From: Patellaria atrata CBS 101060
Taxonomy: Eukaryota
Length of the DNA: 64,000 nucleotides
Direction of reading: 5' to 3'
Assembly (NCBI GenBank): GCA_010093705.1
Contig: MU006094.1
Coordinates: 1,153,550-1,217,549 of the forward strand
Below the pieces are notes generated by a model. That model saw nothing but the letters and a program-made list of their open reading frames with translations. It did no database searches and was not told where the DNA came from. The translations under genes and the position numbers were made by a program. Positions 25,301 to 39,181 of the stretch are shown here, one piece after another (positions within the stretch are counted from its first letter, which is position 1; every line of letters starts with the position of its first letter).

Positions 25301-26309
25301 GAAAAACAAATTAGTTTCATTTCCGGCCAATACACGTCCAGCGTCAACGCCTTACACCACAACATTTGTTCAGATCCCTTGGAAATGCATGCTTGGTGCA
25401 ACTTGCACTTAAGCCACCGGCCTACGGGCCAGCTGGACTGCTGGAGAACGACGCATGGCTCTCAATTCATTGCGTAACCTTTTAGAGAGTGGATGGCTTG
25501 GTTTCTGGCCTCCTGGATTCAGCTGCTCAGCGCCGTCTCGCGCCTCTCGCATGGCTAAGAGGCACATGAAAACGTGAGGTGTTGAAACTAAAGTATGAAG
25601 CTACTTCTAGTAACAGAACGATATGGCAGAGCTAAAATACAGATAGAATGCGATTAGCTTGCAGTAGTTCCACCTGTTCCCTCGTCAGACTGACTCGTAT
25701 GCACCGGAGATTCACCCGGTTACTAGGATGTCAGATCTGGAGTAAACATCTTGGCAAGCCAGATATGCACCCACATGGATTTCACCCGCCTTCTAGGTAG
25801 GGCACGGTCTCTGCGTCACTATCAAGAGGAAGGTGGGAGAAGCAGATACGAAAGCTTTTCTTCTGTTGACAGTTAAATTCCATTCCATAGCGTCTCCCAT
25901 AAACCCTATTACGAGGTGGAAAAACTAGGAGTTATATACTTTGTTTCCTCCCATTGTTGTACCTTGTTTTTCAGCCGTCTTCTTTCCTACTTAGTCTAGT
26001 TCATCAGTCGTAACTTTTGTCTCGCCTCATCTGCTACTTGTAGTGAACCGTTCGCTAACTACTTTAACCCTTTCACGGAGGACGTGTCGAATTGCTCAAT
26101 CTTAGTTCTCGTGGCGTGCTCTAGTCTTTATCTCCGCGTAGATATATCCCCTCTATAATTGGATTATATTTCATCTTTCGCTCCCCGTATTCCAGAGATC
26201 GGCTCTTGTTATTCCTTTTCGAACTTAGAGAAGAAAAGACACTCGTAAATCTCGTCCAATTCAATAGTCACTCCTTTCGCATTTGGTCTTCGAACAAAAA
26301 AGTTTTAAA

Positions 26310-27711
26310 ATGGTTCTTCCACTCACCTACCGAAGGCCATCCTACGTACCTTCTTCACGAGGATCAGTCAATGGCACGGACAAACAAAAATCTATCAATG
26401 AGTCTATCTCCTCTGCTAATTCATGTATGTCCAATGGAATTCCAGAGGCACTTTCGTTCGACAGAATCATAAATGGTGGTGTATGCCCGGTAGGTTTACC
26501 AATTTATCAATCCCAATTGAATGTAAAGCTAACCCATACTGTTGCAGCCTCTTACTATCCGTGACTTTATGAATTACCTCAAGTACATCGAGCTCTCTGC
26601 AGAAAACCTACAGTTTTACCTTTGGCACCGTGACTACACGAAACGCTTTGCGGCACTACCAGAAAACGAGCAGGTGCTTTCAAAAGAGTGGACCATTGAA
26701 CAAGCCGAAGCAGAAGCACATGCAGCGCAATCCAATGCCAGCAAGAAGAAACTCAGCCCTACAGTAGCTACAGTATTCAAAGGCACCGATTTTGACCCCA
26801 CGGCAAAACATTATGATTCGGAGAAGTCGAATCCATTCTACACTCCTCCGGCGAGCTCAGAGGGCCAACGCAAGAATTCCGAGGTCTCTTCTCTCTCTTC
26901 CAAAGCTGATAGTGGCTGGCAATCGTCTAAAGCTGCCCATTCCCGTAAAGCTGGAGAAGTCTTTGAAGAAGCCGGCCTCAAGTGGCAACCTTTCACCGTC
27001 CAACCTTATCGTGAAGAAATCTCCCGTATAATCATGATCTACATCGCAGAAGGCGCTCCCCGCCAACTCAACCTCTCAGCCCGCGAACGCGCCGCCCTTC
27101 TTCACGCTCTGGAGGTCACAACCCACCCCAGCGCTTTCCGGGACGTAGTAGCCACGGTAGAGTGGTCCCTCCGCTGCCAGTCCCATCCTAACTTCATCCG
27201 ATGGACCATCTGTAACGGCAATCGTCCTCGTGTCATCTTCGCCCGCGGTCTTGGCGTTACTACCATCCTCCTCTCACTCGTGGCCATCGTACTCCTCACA
27301 CTCAGTAATGCCGGAAGAGGTTGGCGCGTTATCCCCTTTGTAGGGTTCTTCATCGGTATCTCAACACTCATTGCGGCCTGGAAGGGTATGTGCATTGTCC
27401 TCCACGGAATGCATCACCGTCATCTGCGACCGTGGGAGCTGTTCGCGTCAGACGATGAGGTGGAGGAGGTGGAAATCGACGGCACCCGGGAGAGCTTGGA
27501 GAGCAATAGCTTTGAAGATGAGCCGTGGGTGGCTAAGTACGAGAAGAGAAACATCATTCGCAAAGTCTTCGATCGGGAAGTCTGGATCCAAGAACCGGCG
27601 CTTCGACAGGTCCAGGATACCATTTTCGTACAGGCGCTTATCGGTGCTTTTGTTGTCTCTGCTATTATTGTGGGTATCTTTTGTGCGGTGCCGCATGGGA
27701 GGTTCTTTTGA
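26310..27711 (+). CDS. RGS-domain membrane protein (Rax1-like architecture), 2 exons
   Basis: PEALSFDRIINGG, FMNYLKYIELSAENLQFYLW and YIAEGAPRQLNLS form the RGS domain, followed by three hydrophobic helices. The intron is at ~26490-26547. Confidence 0.85.
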
Positions 27712-28732
27712 TTCCGTTTTGTTTGGTTCACGGTACTGGGATGACTAGGGCATATTTGGGATACCCCTTCGAAATTCGTTTGTTTGGCTAGGGATGGGGA
27801 ATATGTAATGTTTTATGCTTACATCGTTGTCGGTTCTGGTAATATCTTCCTCTATTCTGCCACGTCTAATTGTCTTTTCGAGCTCGCATTGGAAGTTTTC
27901 GAACTCCATGGCTTCTCGGGATTGCACTTGTCTCGTTTAGAAAGTTTTCTTTGTATATATAAACATTTTTACTCGCTAGTCTAAGGTTGACATGCATTTT
28001 TCTTTATCAATCTGTCTCGTTCAATTATTTCTTGTTATGTAAATATTTCGTACAATCCAGTCTAAGGTTGACATCCTATTTTACTTCATACTTGCTGTAC
28101 TGTACAGTACAAGAATGTACATACTCCACTCATGCCAAAAGTGATTTAGTTTAAACTATCTTAGTATTGAATCAATGAAATAATGCCGGTCTTCTGTATA
28201 TTTAGTTGTTTTGTACAGCTTACACGTTCGTATAAGCCCAGTCGTATCTTTTAGTGTCGATGTGTCGTACAGTTCCTATTCCGTACCATCCCCCCGTTCC
28301 ATACACTCGTTCCATACATTTCCCTCAATCTGTACAGTCCTCTCAATTCATTCAACTCCGTCCAAATTTTTCAGTCAGCCTTGATCAGTCCACCCACATC
28401 GGCGAGCACGTTACCGTTAGGTTTACTGATCTCCTATGGCACCTTGTGCGTCTTGACCGTTCTAATATCTGACCACACGTTTCACGACGACGACAGCGTA
28501 CTAAAGACAAAAGATATTGCAGATTTAACGATCCGGTTCGATAACAACAGCCTATCCCACCCCAGCCATCTAACACAAAACGAAAAGAACTCCATGAATC
28601 TGTAAGTTGTTGCGAACCCGTCGCATAATGATCCCATCATATCCGATATCATCCCACGATTTCCCAAGTGCACATCCCTCCCTAACGAACAAAGAAAAAC
28701 ACTAACCCCCTAATAACCCCATCCAGCAGTCC

Positions 28733-31316
28733 CTAAATCAAACCCCCCTCAACGCCCCCCTCTCCAACCAACCCCTCACGGACTCTAATCTCCCCCACCT
28801 CCCTAACATCCTCCCTCTCCCTCCCCGCACACCTCCCAACCCACTCTCTCAAACCCCTCTCGCCCCTCTCCTCCCCTTCAAACCTCACCAAACAAGGACA
28901 ACCCCCCATCCGTGCACTCGCCTTCAAAACCGCCAAAAGCGCCGTCTCAAGTAACTTATTCTCCCTTTCCAACGCCTCGACTCTCTTCTCCAACTCCTTT
29001 CCTTCCGTCACTTGAACCCTGTGCGCAAGATGCGGCAGCGCATGCACGCCCTCCCCCCTCAGCACGCGCGGGACGGGATAACCCGCCGTAGCGACCGGTT
29101 TGCGCTGTGTGCTTTTCGCCGGCACGGAAGGAGGGTACAGCGGGAGGGGGAGGTGTGGGGGTCTCCTCGTCGAGGACGGAACGAAATGCTCTCGCTTGGG
29201 CGGGAGCTCGAGGGGACTGACTGCGGGGCCGGGACCGTGTGTTAAGCTGAGGGGTGGGTTTACACCTGCCCCTACGCCCATACCCATACCGCTAGCGTCG
29301 TTCCCCCTCCCGATAACAGTGATCTCGTCAACATCCACATCAACATCCACACTCCCTTCACTCGTCTCATCCCCTGAAACCGGGGGCGTGTGCTCTGGCC
29401 GTATCGCGATAGCGATGGGTCGGGAATTCCGCTTCAGAACCAACCGCGCCGGACGCCTGACATTCCTTCCACGCACCACGGGGACGGACTCCGCAACCAG
29501 CATGATGGGACTCAGTGCCATGGTCCCCCCGGAGGAGGGCGTATACCCCGTCCCACCGATGAAGGGGGCCGAGGGGACCGGTGGCGGCGGAGAAAGCTGC
29601 GAGTACAGTCCCGTTGAGGAGGTGGTGGCGGGGGATACGGTGATGGGGTGAGGTGTCGGCGGGTGCGGGTGCGGTTTTGATTCGTTTTGAAGGTGGCGAG
29701 TGTGCAGAAGTTCGTCTATGCTGGGGGCGGGGCGCTGGAGGTCACGGAGTTTGCGGGCTCGGGTCTTGTCTGCGCGGTGCGAGATCGTGGGGCTGGGCGC
29801 GCGGGTTGAGGGTTGCCGCGTCGGTGGAAGATCCTTTGTTGTGTTGAGTTTGGGGATCACAGAGTCGGTGCGCGTGTGGGGTTCCGATGGGGAGATGGAG
29901 GCGGGTGGGGTCGGGAAGTCGGACATCGAAGCTGTGGTTTGGCCGGCGGAGGATTCGGGGGAGATGAGGGAGTCAGGTTTCGGGGGTGGTTGGGGTCGGA
30001 GGTCGGCTTCGGGACGCATGATTGGTGTTTCGCTGATGTCGGCGTGATCGGAGGGTTGGGGGGGGTGGAGTCGGTTTTCTAGTGCTGCTATTGTGCTGAC
30101 GCTGTCAGGAGGGTTACTGGATAACGCCGTATGAACCGTCGTTGCGGTACCGATATATTCTCTTGTGGGTTTGGTGTCGATGACAACAGCAGCTACCGTT
30201 GTTTCCTTTTGCAGAGCTGTGGTAGTAGTGGTAACGCAAATCTCCTTATCATTAATCGTGATATCGGAGGCTTTTCCAGTCACAGCTTTATGCGGTACGA
30301 TCAACTCAGTATGGTTCACAATCGGTTTTTGCTTGACATCCAGCGCTTTGATCTTCCGGACCTCTAAGTCTTCATTTTGCGATTTAATCCAGGTGTCAAA
30401 CTCCTCTGTTCCAATTGGAACCGGGGAATAGTGCGCTGAAGTCCTATATCTTTGGTTGCGCTCTGTAGACCGTCGACGGAACTCTCGAAGTGCGTTTTTC
30501 TCCAGGGTCTCCTGATCATTGGTGATTATTTGGAGATATTTCTTTCCTGTACTTAAATGAGCAGTGAATTCAATGTAGATCTCTTGGCAAACTTTACCTG
30601 TGACGGAGGTCTTTTGGAGGACTGCATCAGAGGGTTTCCCAGAATTCGAAATTAGCGTATTTCGTCTCGAGTCTCCGTAATTACTACTTCTCGTTAGTAA
30701 TTCTAATTAATTTGGTCGTATATAACTTTTTGCGCATTCTTAACTAACGATTTCAAGATGGAGTGTTGGCATACCTTGCTGCTGATGTAGTCCGTGAACC
30801 TAAACCTCTCCTCGAAGCAGACCTGAAGAACCTAAAAGCACTCTTATGCTTCAACTTCCTGACTGGACTCTCTGGTTCAGCGTCCCTTGGTGGGCCTGTA
30901 TGCTTAAGAAAATACGCCATGTCGAATGAGGCGTTGTCCTTGGGCAGTCTGAGAAAATCATCCATAGTAGAACTCGACACAAGGGTTCTTCCAGCCGTTG
31001 ATTTGCTCAGGGAGTAATAGTAGCAAACAGGCTCGTGATTAGAGAGAGTAGGCTTCCAAGAGTGACGTCGACGATACTCTCTCCTAGATATCGCTGTTCG
31101 AATATCAGAAGCAGAAGAAACAGAACTGCAAAATGATCTCCGAGGTCGGGTTTGTCGTTCCAACTGCCCATTCACACGTCCACACAAAGGGTCGACATAA
31201 AAGTCTTCGTGCCAAAAGGTTGAAGAAAACGAACTACGGTCCTCTCTCTCAAAACCGCGGGGGGTGTGGTTGAGAAAAGGCGGATGCCGACGTTGGGGGC
31301 GGTTGGCCGGCCGCAT
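28733..31316 (-). CDS. Hypothetical Pro/Ser-rich protein with C-terminal coiled coil (3 exons)
   Basis: The frame is continuous across two GT-AG introns (~30684-30773 and ~30548-30597). Motifs are MAYFLKHTGPP, KTSVTGKKYLQI, LSPIMLVAE and LEKRVEALERENKLLETALLAVL. The start codon is uncertain. Confidence 0.7.
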
Positions 31317-32524
31317 TGACTTGTTTGATATTCACTCGTATCGCGGGATTTTACAGGGCCGTTGGTTGGAACTAAGAAGGGATGGTTTGCTGACGGAGCT
31401 CCGAGCTGAAGGGAAACGAAAGTGCACGTTGAATCTGCCAGACGAGTATAAAGCTTCCGGGGATTGGGACGGTTTGGGGAACCTGGTCGGTCTTTTGTTA
31501 TCCTCCATCTGGGATAGGAGATCGAAGGCTTTATTGGACTAAACTGTCTTCTGCACCCTATTCCAGCCATTCTAAAAGCCTCTTTTAGGCGTTGTGCAGT
31601 ATTTCTTGTTGACAGAGAAGCGTGGAAGTGGAGAGGTTGCATCAATACGGTGGTTGTTATACAAAGTTCCTAGATAGGTCTAGTATGAGGCTGGGATAAT
31701 CGGAGACTTCATCCATCGTCGACGCAAGGGACGATCTCTTGGATACATTGCAGATCAAAGTTACCCCACGGAAACATTCTTGATAGATTATATTTATACG
31801 AGAACTTCATGAAACAACAGCGTACACACGTGGCTGACGCAGAACTAGAACTAGAACTGGATCGCCGAAGCTTCCCCACAAGTTTATCAGCTTTCTTAAC
31901 ATTTCTTGGAGAAAGTGCTTCTATCAGATACTCCCCGACGTGGGTCTACTAAAGGTTTCATGTACAATGACACCGCATAGAAGGATTGGGGTATTCTAAT
32001 AATGTTCCGCGATACGATGTTTGTGCTGATATTGGACTGTACAGAGTACGTACAACCTGTCCTGTCCTGTACCTGTGCCTGTACTGTACTGTGCTCAGGC
32101 AATAACCCGAGAACTAACAATCGGGAGGAGATAGCTTCATCTTCGTGTCGCAGTACTTACCACTGGAAGACGGATATTAGGTACCACATGCAACGAGCAT
32201 CGAATGTAGTAAAGCGCAGCAAGATTGGGCATGGAGACCAAAAAGGTGGAAATCCAAACCTGAGTTTTAGTTTGCTGCTGCAATAACTGCAAAAGGTATC
32301 CTGCTATCCGACTTGCCTCCAGACTACTCGTCAAAGCCGAAGGCAATCATCATCACCCAGGATTACCGATGAATATCTACTGTACAAGATCGCTTGAATT
32401 GCTGAAAATACGCCACCAAGTGTACTTTTACAACCCTCTTGAAAATGCACACCCAACTCCATTTCAATGCATGTTCCCGGAGCCGTCGGTGACACGATCC
32501 GACAGTACATAAACCCTGCAAAGT

Positions 32525-35500
32525 CTATTCCGGTTTCGGTTTCTTCGGTCTGTTCGACGGTAGGAAAGGGTCAACCGGTTTCTTGCGTTTTGGGGGGAGG
32601 GGGCCTCTTGGGGGTGCGTAACCATTACCAGAATCTGCTGAAGGACCAGTACCATTTTTTGTCTTGACATTTACTCCGTTCTTAATATGTGCTTCTTCCT
32701 TGAACTCAACATCTTTTGTCTCATATTCCCTCTCCTTCACTTTTGCAGAGTCCGAGTGTGGAGTTGACGTGCGACTCGTCTGGCTCCGACTAGACTCATT
32801 TTCGGAGAAGACATCTTTCATTTCAACATCTTCATCACCGTTACCTATCTCCATCTTGCCATTATAATCATGCCCGTAAGAAATTGGACTGGAAATTCTA
32901 CTTCCTGGTTCGGATTTAATGGCCTTGGGCGGGGCGTTATGTACGGCCCTGGACGGTGCCTTGAGCATTTGCAGAACATTGCCATCTGTGTAACGCCCAC
33001 GTTGCCTAGCATCATCAACCAGCTTCTTCCAGAACTCTCCTCGACCAAGTGACTGAGAATTTCCCAGGACCCACAGAGACGACTTTGCACGAGTGAGACC
33101 CACGTTCATTCGGCGGATATCCTGCAGGAAACCTATACCTCCTGCTGGTGAAGCCCGAACACAAGAGAATATAATAATTTCACTCTCTCGACCTTGGAAA
33201 GCGTCGGTGGTATTGAACTCCACATTATCGAGAATGGTCTGACCATACTTTCGTGAAAATCGATCTTTGAGCTCGCGCAGTTGGCTCTTATAAGGTGTGA
33301 TTATGCCGATCTTGTTCTTAAAATCGAACGTCTTGAAATCAGTCATTAGACGTTCAAATAGTGACAACGCAACGTCAATTTCAGCATAATTGACGAGAGA
33401 ATGTCCCCTCGGAGCAGCTTGATGCTGGCCTTGGACATCGAAGAAGCGATAAGGACCAAGTAATTCTGTCAAGTGCCATGGTTTGTGTCTCAAACCTGCC
33501 ATATTATCACCATCCAGAAGTTTTCCATCGTAGAATGTTTGACTAGGGAAAGAACTGATTTCTGGATGCATACGATACTGGGTATCGAGTAAATGGACAT
33601 CGTCCGGGTGATTACCCTGCATACGTACAAATAAACTTTGTTCGTATTGGAATCGCGCAGCTTCTTTGGAAAAGACAGTTGGAGGGAGCTGTTTTGGGTC
33701 GCCAACGAGAATACACTTTGCGCAACCATATTTCAAAGGGATGAGTGCACTCATCTCAACACATTGAGCTGCTTCATCGACAACAACCGACTCGAATTCG
33801 ATGTTGAGGTTTTGGAACATATCATGTCCACTACCGCTGAGTGTGGCACAGATAATGTGCGCTTCATCCAAAACGGATTGTTGCGCCTTTCGCCGATTGA
33901 GATCCGCTTGTCGACTCATCATATTTTCTGCATCCTTTGCAGTGTCAATTTGAGTGCCTAATTGAGCCTTCCTCCTGCGCAACGCATCAAAGTCGTCTTT
34001 CAACTTGGCAGCTGCATCTCCCTTCGTTTCACCCTTGTCGAGTGCTTCGCGGGCCTCGCGGAGCTTCTCGGAAATAAGTTGGTGTTCTTTCATAAGTTTC
34101 TGGGTTTCTTCTCTCTGTTTACTATCCCCTCCAGGCATTGCGTTTAGTTTCGCATTGACAAGCTCATCCAATGTGACATCTATGACGTTCGTGTTCATAG
34201 CATCGCTACGACCAAGACGCACGATGGAAAGCTTTCTATGTTGTCCTCCTAATGTTCTAATGCCCTCTTTGAATCTCATTACGAGCTCATCGACGGCAGC
34301 GTTACTTGGAGCACACACAAGAAGTTTCTTTGGGGGCGCACCGCCTTGAACGCCATGGGTACCGTTGAGCCCTTTGGGTTTCTCGATAATGGTCCCTCTG
34401 TCCCGCAAGGCATCTGTCAATAGAGCGCCAACGATTGCAACGATAGTCTTTGTCTTTCCAGATCCAGGTGGCCTAAGGTTTGTCAGCGGGTAATTACAAT
34501 GTCATAGGAAATTAAATACCCTTGAATAAGCGTGAACGCATCGTTATCCATTGCTGACTTAATCGCTTTGGCTTGCGCTTTGTTTACCTTGTAATTGTTG
34601 ATTAGAGGATCAAGCTGCTTGTCGGAATATTTGAGTAACGGAGACGGTTTAGCCTTAATGATTTCATCGCAAAGATCATAGTACTGTAGACCTAACAGAG
34701 CACCATATTCACGTTCAAGCGGAGTGATCGACTGGATCTTCGCGCCGTTCACTGTAACATTTGGGCTTAAAGAAGATAACAAGGGGTTTCCGGGCATAAC
34801 CCTGTAGATAACCTCAAGATGAGCCTTCTTCCGGTTGATCCTATGAACTCGTGCTAGACAATGTGGCTCATCTGAAGAGTTAGCTGGGGACTTTGCCTTA
34901 GAAAGTAAGATGATGTCTCCATCTGAAATCCCGATCTCTTTGTTCTCAGCGGGAGTCATAGTACTGCCGATTTCCATGAAGGCGTCTACGCTAGATCGAC
35001 TGACTATCTTGATCTCGAATGGCTTAAACGTACTCTCCTCTCTCGCCTTGACAAAACCTTGCCAAGCTTCCAACAGTAGTAGAGGTTGGAACGTATTCTG
35101 GTAATCGAAAGGGGTCCGAAAGCTATTTGGTACTGCGGAGTACATGTCGGGCCGTGAGTCCTGGGGAAAGTCTCCATCGTGGAAATAATCCCAACTAAGG
35201 ATTGATTTGTGTAAGGGAGATAGATCTGGAGCTAGGCGCGCTCGCATATCACGAGCAGTTCTAATTTGCCGCTGCTTCTTGATAGGCATCTGAGGTGCAT
35301 CATGCAGCACCTTCTTGAAGTCTGAACCAACTTTCGAAGGCTTCTTAGGGCCCCTTGCCGGTCCAAATAGCTCACGGTCAAGCTCATCTTCCTCATCCTC
35401 CTCTTCGCTTTCTTCCTCTGACGAGACCATCATTCCCGTACCCTTAGCAGCATGATCTTTACCTCGTACGCCGAGGCCTTGAAGACCAGAACCCTCTTCA

Positions 35501-38500
35501 GCAGTTTCAGCAGCAACTCCTCTATTTGGAATATTCTTCTTTGCTTGTGCTAGAGCAAGTGCATCTCGTTTCTTCTTCGCCTCTCGTTCAGCTTCCCGTT
35601 TGCGCTTAAAATCACCAGAATCGATGGCAGGTCGTGGTGCAGGTTTAGTAGCTGGGGTGCTGGTAGTCTTCACTTTCGTTTGTCTCGCAGCGAGTTGAGC
35701 TTTGTATATCTCTGCAGCACGAGAGTTATCCTTAACAATTCGTTTCAAATCCTCCGAAGCTTCCTCCGCAGCAGAAACAGGCTTTACATCGTCTTTTAAT
35801 CTCTCTCCCGGTGGAATATTCTTCACCCACTGACTGATTGAGCCTTGCTTTTGGACCCTTGTGGGTACATCAAAACTGGGTAATTGTCTGGAATAACCCC
35901 TGTGAGTCTCGAGTGATTGCTCTAGTTCTGCTTTCTGTTGGCCGTTGAGCTTAGATCGTGTCTTGTCTGATACGATATCTTCGACGTATTGAAGAGAGTC
36001 TTCTGTAACATCGATCTTCACTTCTCTCAAGCGTACAAGCAGTTTACTGATGAGTGTAACTGATTTGCTTGACAGATAGTCATCTCTTAATCTCAGCCAT
36101 TTTACCATCCCATTCATGGCAATTTTAGGAAATTGTAGGAGACGGTGGACCACATCCAGCTGAGAATCTGTTTCTGCTGGAACTTTCTTAAGACTCGCAG
36201 CAACAATTGAATGGTAATCAAACGCAGAGTCTGCTAGTTGCATACTATCACGACAAAACTCCATCAGAAGGGTCTTCTCATGGCCGCTGTTGCTCCATTC
36301 CTCCGTCATCTCGAAAATAACGGTCAATGTTTGCCATAATGCCTCCCAGAAGCTTTCCGTAACTTTACCTTCAGATTTAGATAGCACACGGGATCGAAGA
36401 AGCCCCTGTGAGTCACAAAGATTATCCATAATATCAGTGCTGATTCTGAGGATACTAGGCATAGGGGCAAAGATCTTCTTGCGACTTATGTGCTGTAAGG
36501 TTGAGAAGAAAGAGGTAAGAACAGCCGTATACGATGTATCCAAAATATAGGAAAGAGCTTCCTTACGATCATCATGAAAGCTGGCACATTTAATGAACTC
36601 CACAGCTATTTGGCGAGTGCTTTGCTCTGAAGCAAATAACATGGGAATTATCGCCGCAGTAGATTCAGGGACAACCAATATGCTTTCTAAATGTTCTGGC
36701 CCAAAGGAGTTCAGTCTTTCTAATATTTCCGTAACAAATCCCCAAAGCTTCTCGAGAAGGTCGTTATATTTCTTCATGGGAGGAGGAATTTGTTGTGTTG
36801 ACTTAACAACATACTTCTCAAGTCCAAGAAGTGATCGTGCTCCAAGCAAGGCATTTGTGGCTAGCATAAAGTTCCCAGTGTGTACCCCTTTGATGATTTC
36901 TTCCCAAATTGGACTTGAGTGGGTATCAGTATCCTGCGGTGACGGTTTACCTCGTGCGACTGCATCATAATACATTGCCAGTGATAAACAATCCAAGGAG
37001 ATGGCTCTGCGTATGACCTCTAGGGAGAGATCAACTGACTCGTGCGAACCTTGCCTGCCATTAGAATCATGTGTTTCGGCGACGATGTTCTTAATGTGGA
37101 GTTGAATGATGTCCAGGATATCCGCAACTGTAGTATTCCCAACGAATTGGGTCCCCGTCTGCACCGCTCCTAGCAATCGCAGAGTATGACATAAAACCTT
37201 CAACCCAACATTGTAGCAATATCCTCGCGCTGTGCGAGAATATGTGTCAGACTGCAAGCGGCCCATAAGCTGATCAACAAGCGCACGGCATGCAGGAGCT
37301 TGATTCGCTGGTTTTATGGAAGCAACGAACGGTGAAATCCACGTAAATGCGTCTTCAAGACTTCCACGCTCAGAATCATTATCCAAGTTCGCTGTTAACA
37401 GAATCTTTTCCATAGAAGGGCTATTAAATATCTGCTCGATGATCGTTTTAGGCGAAATAGGACCCATAGAGTTCCAGAATACAGTAGGTGCTTTCGTCAA
37501 GAGCTCCCCAACTGTCTGGAGAAGATCGGTAAAACAACTAGAATCGAACTGTAGATGTTCCAATGCAAGCCTGCATAGGTCTGTATCCATACCGGCCAAG
37601 GAATGGATGATAAGAGCTTCGTCGAGTTTTCCAACTATGAGTTTTGCGCCGTTCCAAAAGATAGGTAAGAAGCTAAGATCCATCGCTGCTAATGTGACAC
37701 GTTTCATTGCTTCGTCGAGGGCATCGTGAACGCTTCCTGAAAATTCAGAGCTCGTCATGTTCCTTCGAAATCTACTCCATGAGGTAAAAGCCCAATGATA
37801 CCTCCTATCATTCAAAGTGAAAAGAAAATACGTCATAGCGGGAGAATACCCGTTGAGTTTAAGACGCTTTTTCATCTGGACCATTTCAAAAGGTTTATCG
37901 AAGTACTTCTGTAGGAGCCTCTCATCAGTCAAGAAGGCTTTGCAACTCAGAGTTTCAAAGATAGCGTAAAGACCATTACTATCCAGACAACTGATACCTC
38001 TTTTTTCAACTGGAGCATCGGACAAATTTTTGGCAGCCTTCTCTAAACCTGCCCTGATCCGTTGAATGTTGAGATTGTCAACCAGACGGAGGAAGTTAGC
38101 AACGTCTTCTACGTCAAACGTTGCTTCTAACAGTTCTCTTAACTGAGGTCTAGATCTGTGATATTCTCTGATGCAAATATCGCAACATCTCAGTTGATTG
38201 TCCAAGCGTTCTGTCAGCCAGTGTTTATATGGTTCCGCTTCGCTTCCGTCGTACGCCAGGATTTGAAATGAGGCCAATATCTTGTCTTTTCTGGTAGTTA
38301 CCTCTTTGATCTTCCGATGTCTCTCTTTCCTATCTTCACTATCTTCCTTTTCAATTTGGCCTATTACGTCCTCATCGAAGAAATGGCTATCGTCATCAGG
38401 TCCCTCGCGCGGGCAGAAAAGGTGGGTGTCTGGAGACAATTGCTGAAGTTCGCTAGTGATTGGATGGTTATTTACCTTGTATATGTGATGGATATGGATA

Positions 38501-38540
38501 GAACTTACTGCAAGCTTGATAGTAAGGTTGCGGAATCCAT
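32525..38540 (-). CDS. SEN1: Sen1 / senataxin UPF1-like SF1 RNA/DNA helicase
   Basis: N-terminal Sen1 domain (HLFCPR, CDICIREYH), Walker A IQG|PPGSGKT split by an intron, CAPSNAAVDE, DEAAQC, GDPKQLPP, QYRMHPEI, FQGRE and RRMNVGLTRA. The likely start is MDSATLLSSLH at 38540. Confidence 0.95.
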
Positions 38541-39181
38541 TGCTCGGTTGGGATAGAGAGCCACCTAACAAATGACTGGATTTCACCAGAGGTTATGGCA
38601 AGAAAGAATCTATTCGAAGAAGCTCAATCTCTCTTAAGAGAGCTCCATAACGTTTGTTGAGCTTCGCAATAAGAAGTTAACTGAAATCACAGAGGCGAGG
38701 TTGGTGTGCGAATTGTCCCCAATCTACCGCAACTGCGAAGACCTTCAAGCAGGGCCAGTGCGTTGATTCACGTGTCAGGATACTCAGATGAGAACAATCT
38801 AGCGAAGAAAGCGTGTGAAATGGCGTAGAGATGACCCAACTCAAGAAGAGCTGTGAGGAAGCGGGGAGTGGAGTAAAAGGAGGGCGCTGGAAGTATGACC
38901 GGCCCTATAAAGTCATATAGTCCCAGCTTATGATCTAGTCGAAGGAAAAGTGAGAAAGTGGAACGTTTCCAGAGGGGTTGGTATTTTTGTATCGGGTTTA
39001 AGGTAAGTTCTATGCCATCACTAGAGAGACGCGGTTGCGCGTTGGTTTGTAGTTCTACCCGCCGCGGGATTTGCGGAGTTACTTTTTCAATTTCACGTTT
39101 TTCTCAACCTTTCAAATCAGTGTACAACACTGCGCGAGTTATCAGGCCTCACTCGCTTTTAAGCTTACCTTAGGTCCATAT

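Noticed and set aside
34420..34525. SEN1 split into two ORFs (two genes or a pseudogene)
   Set aside because: A short intron within the Walker A motif (IQG|PPGSGKT) joins them.
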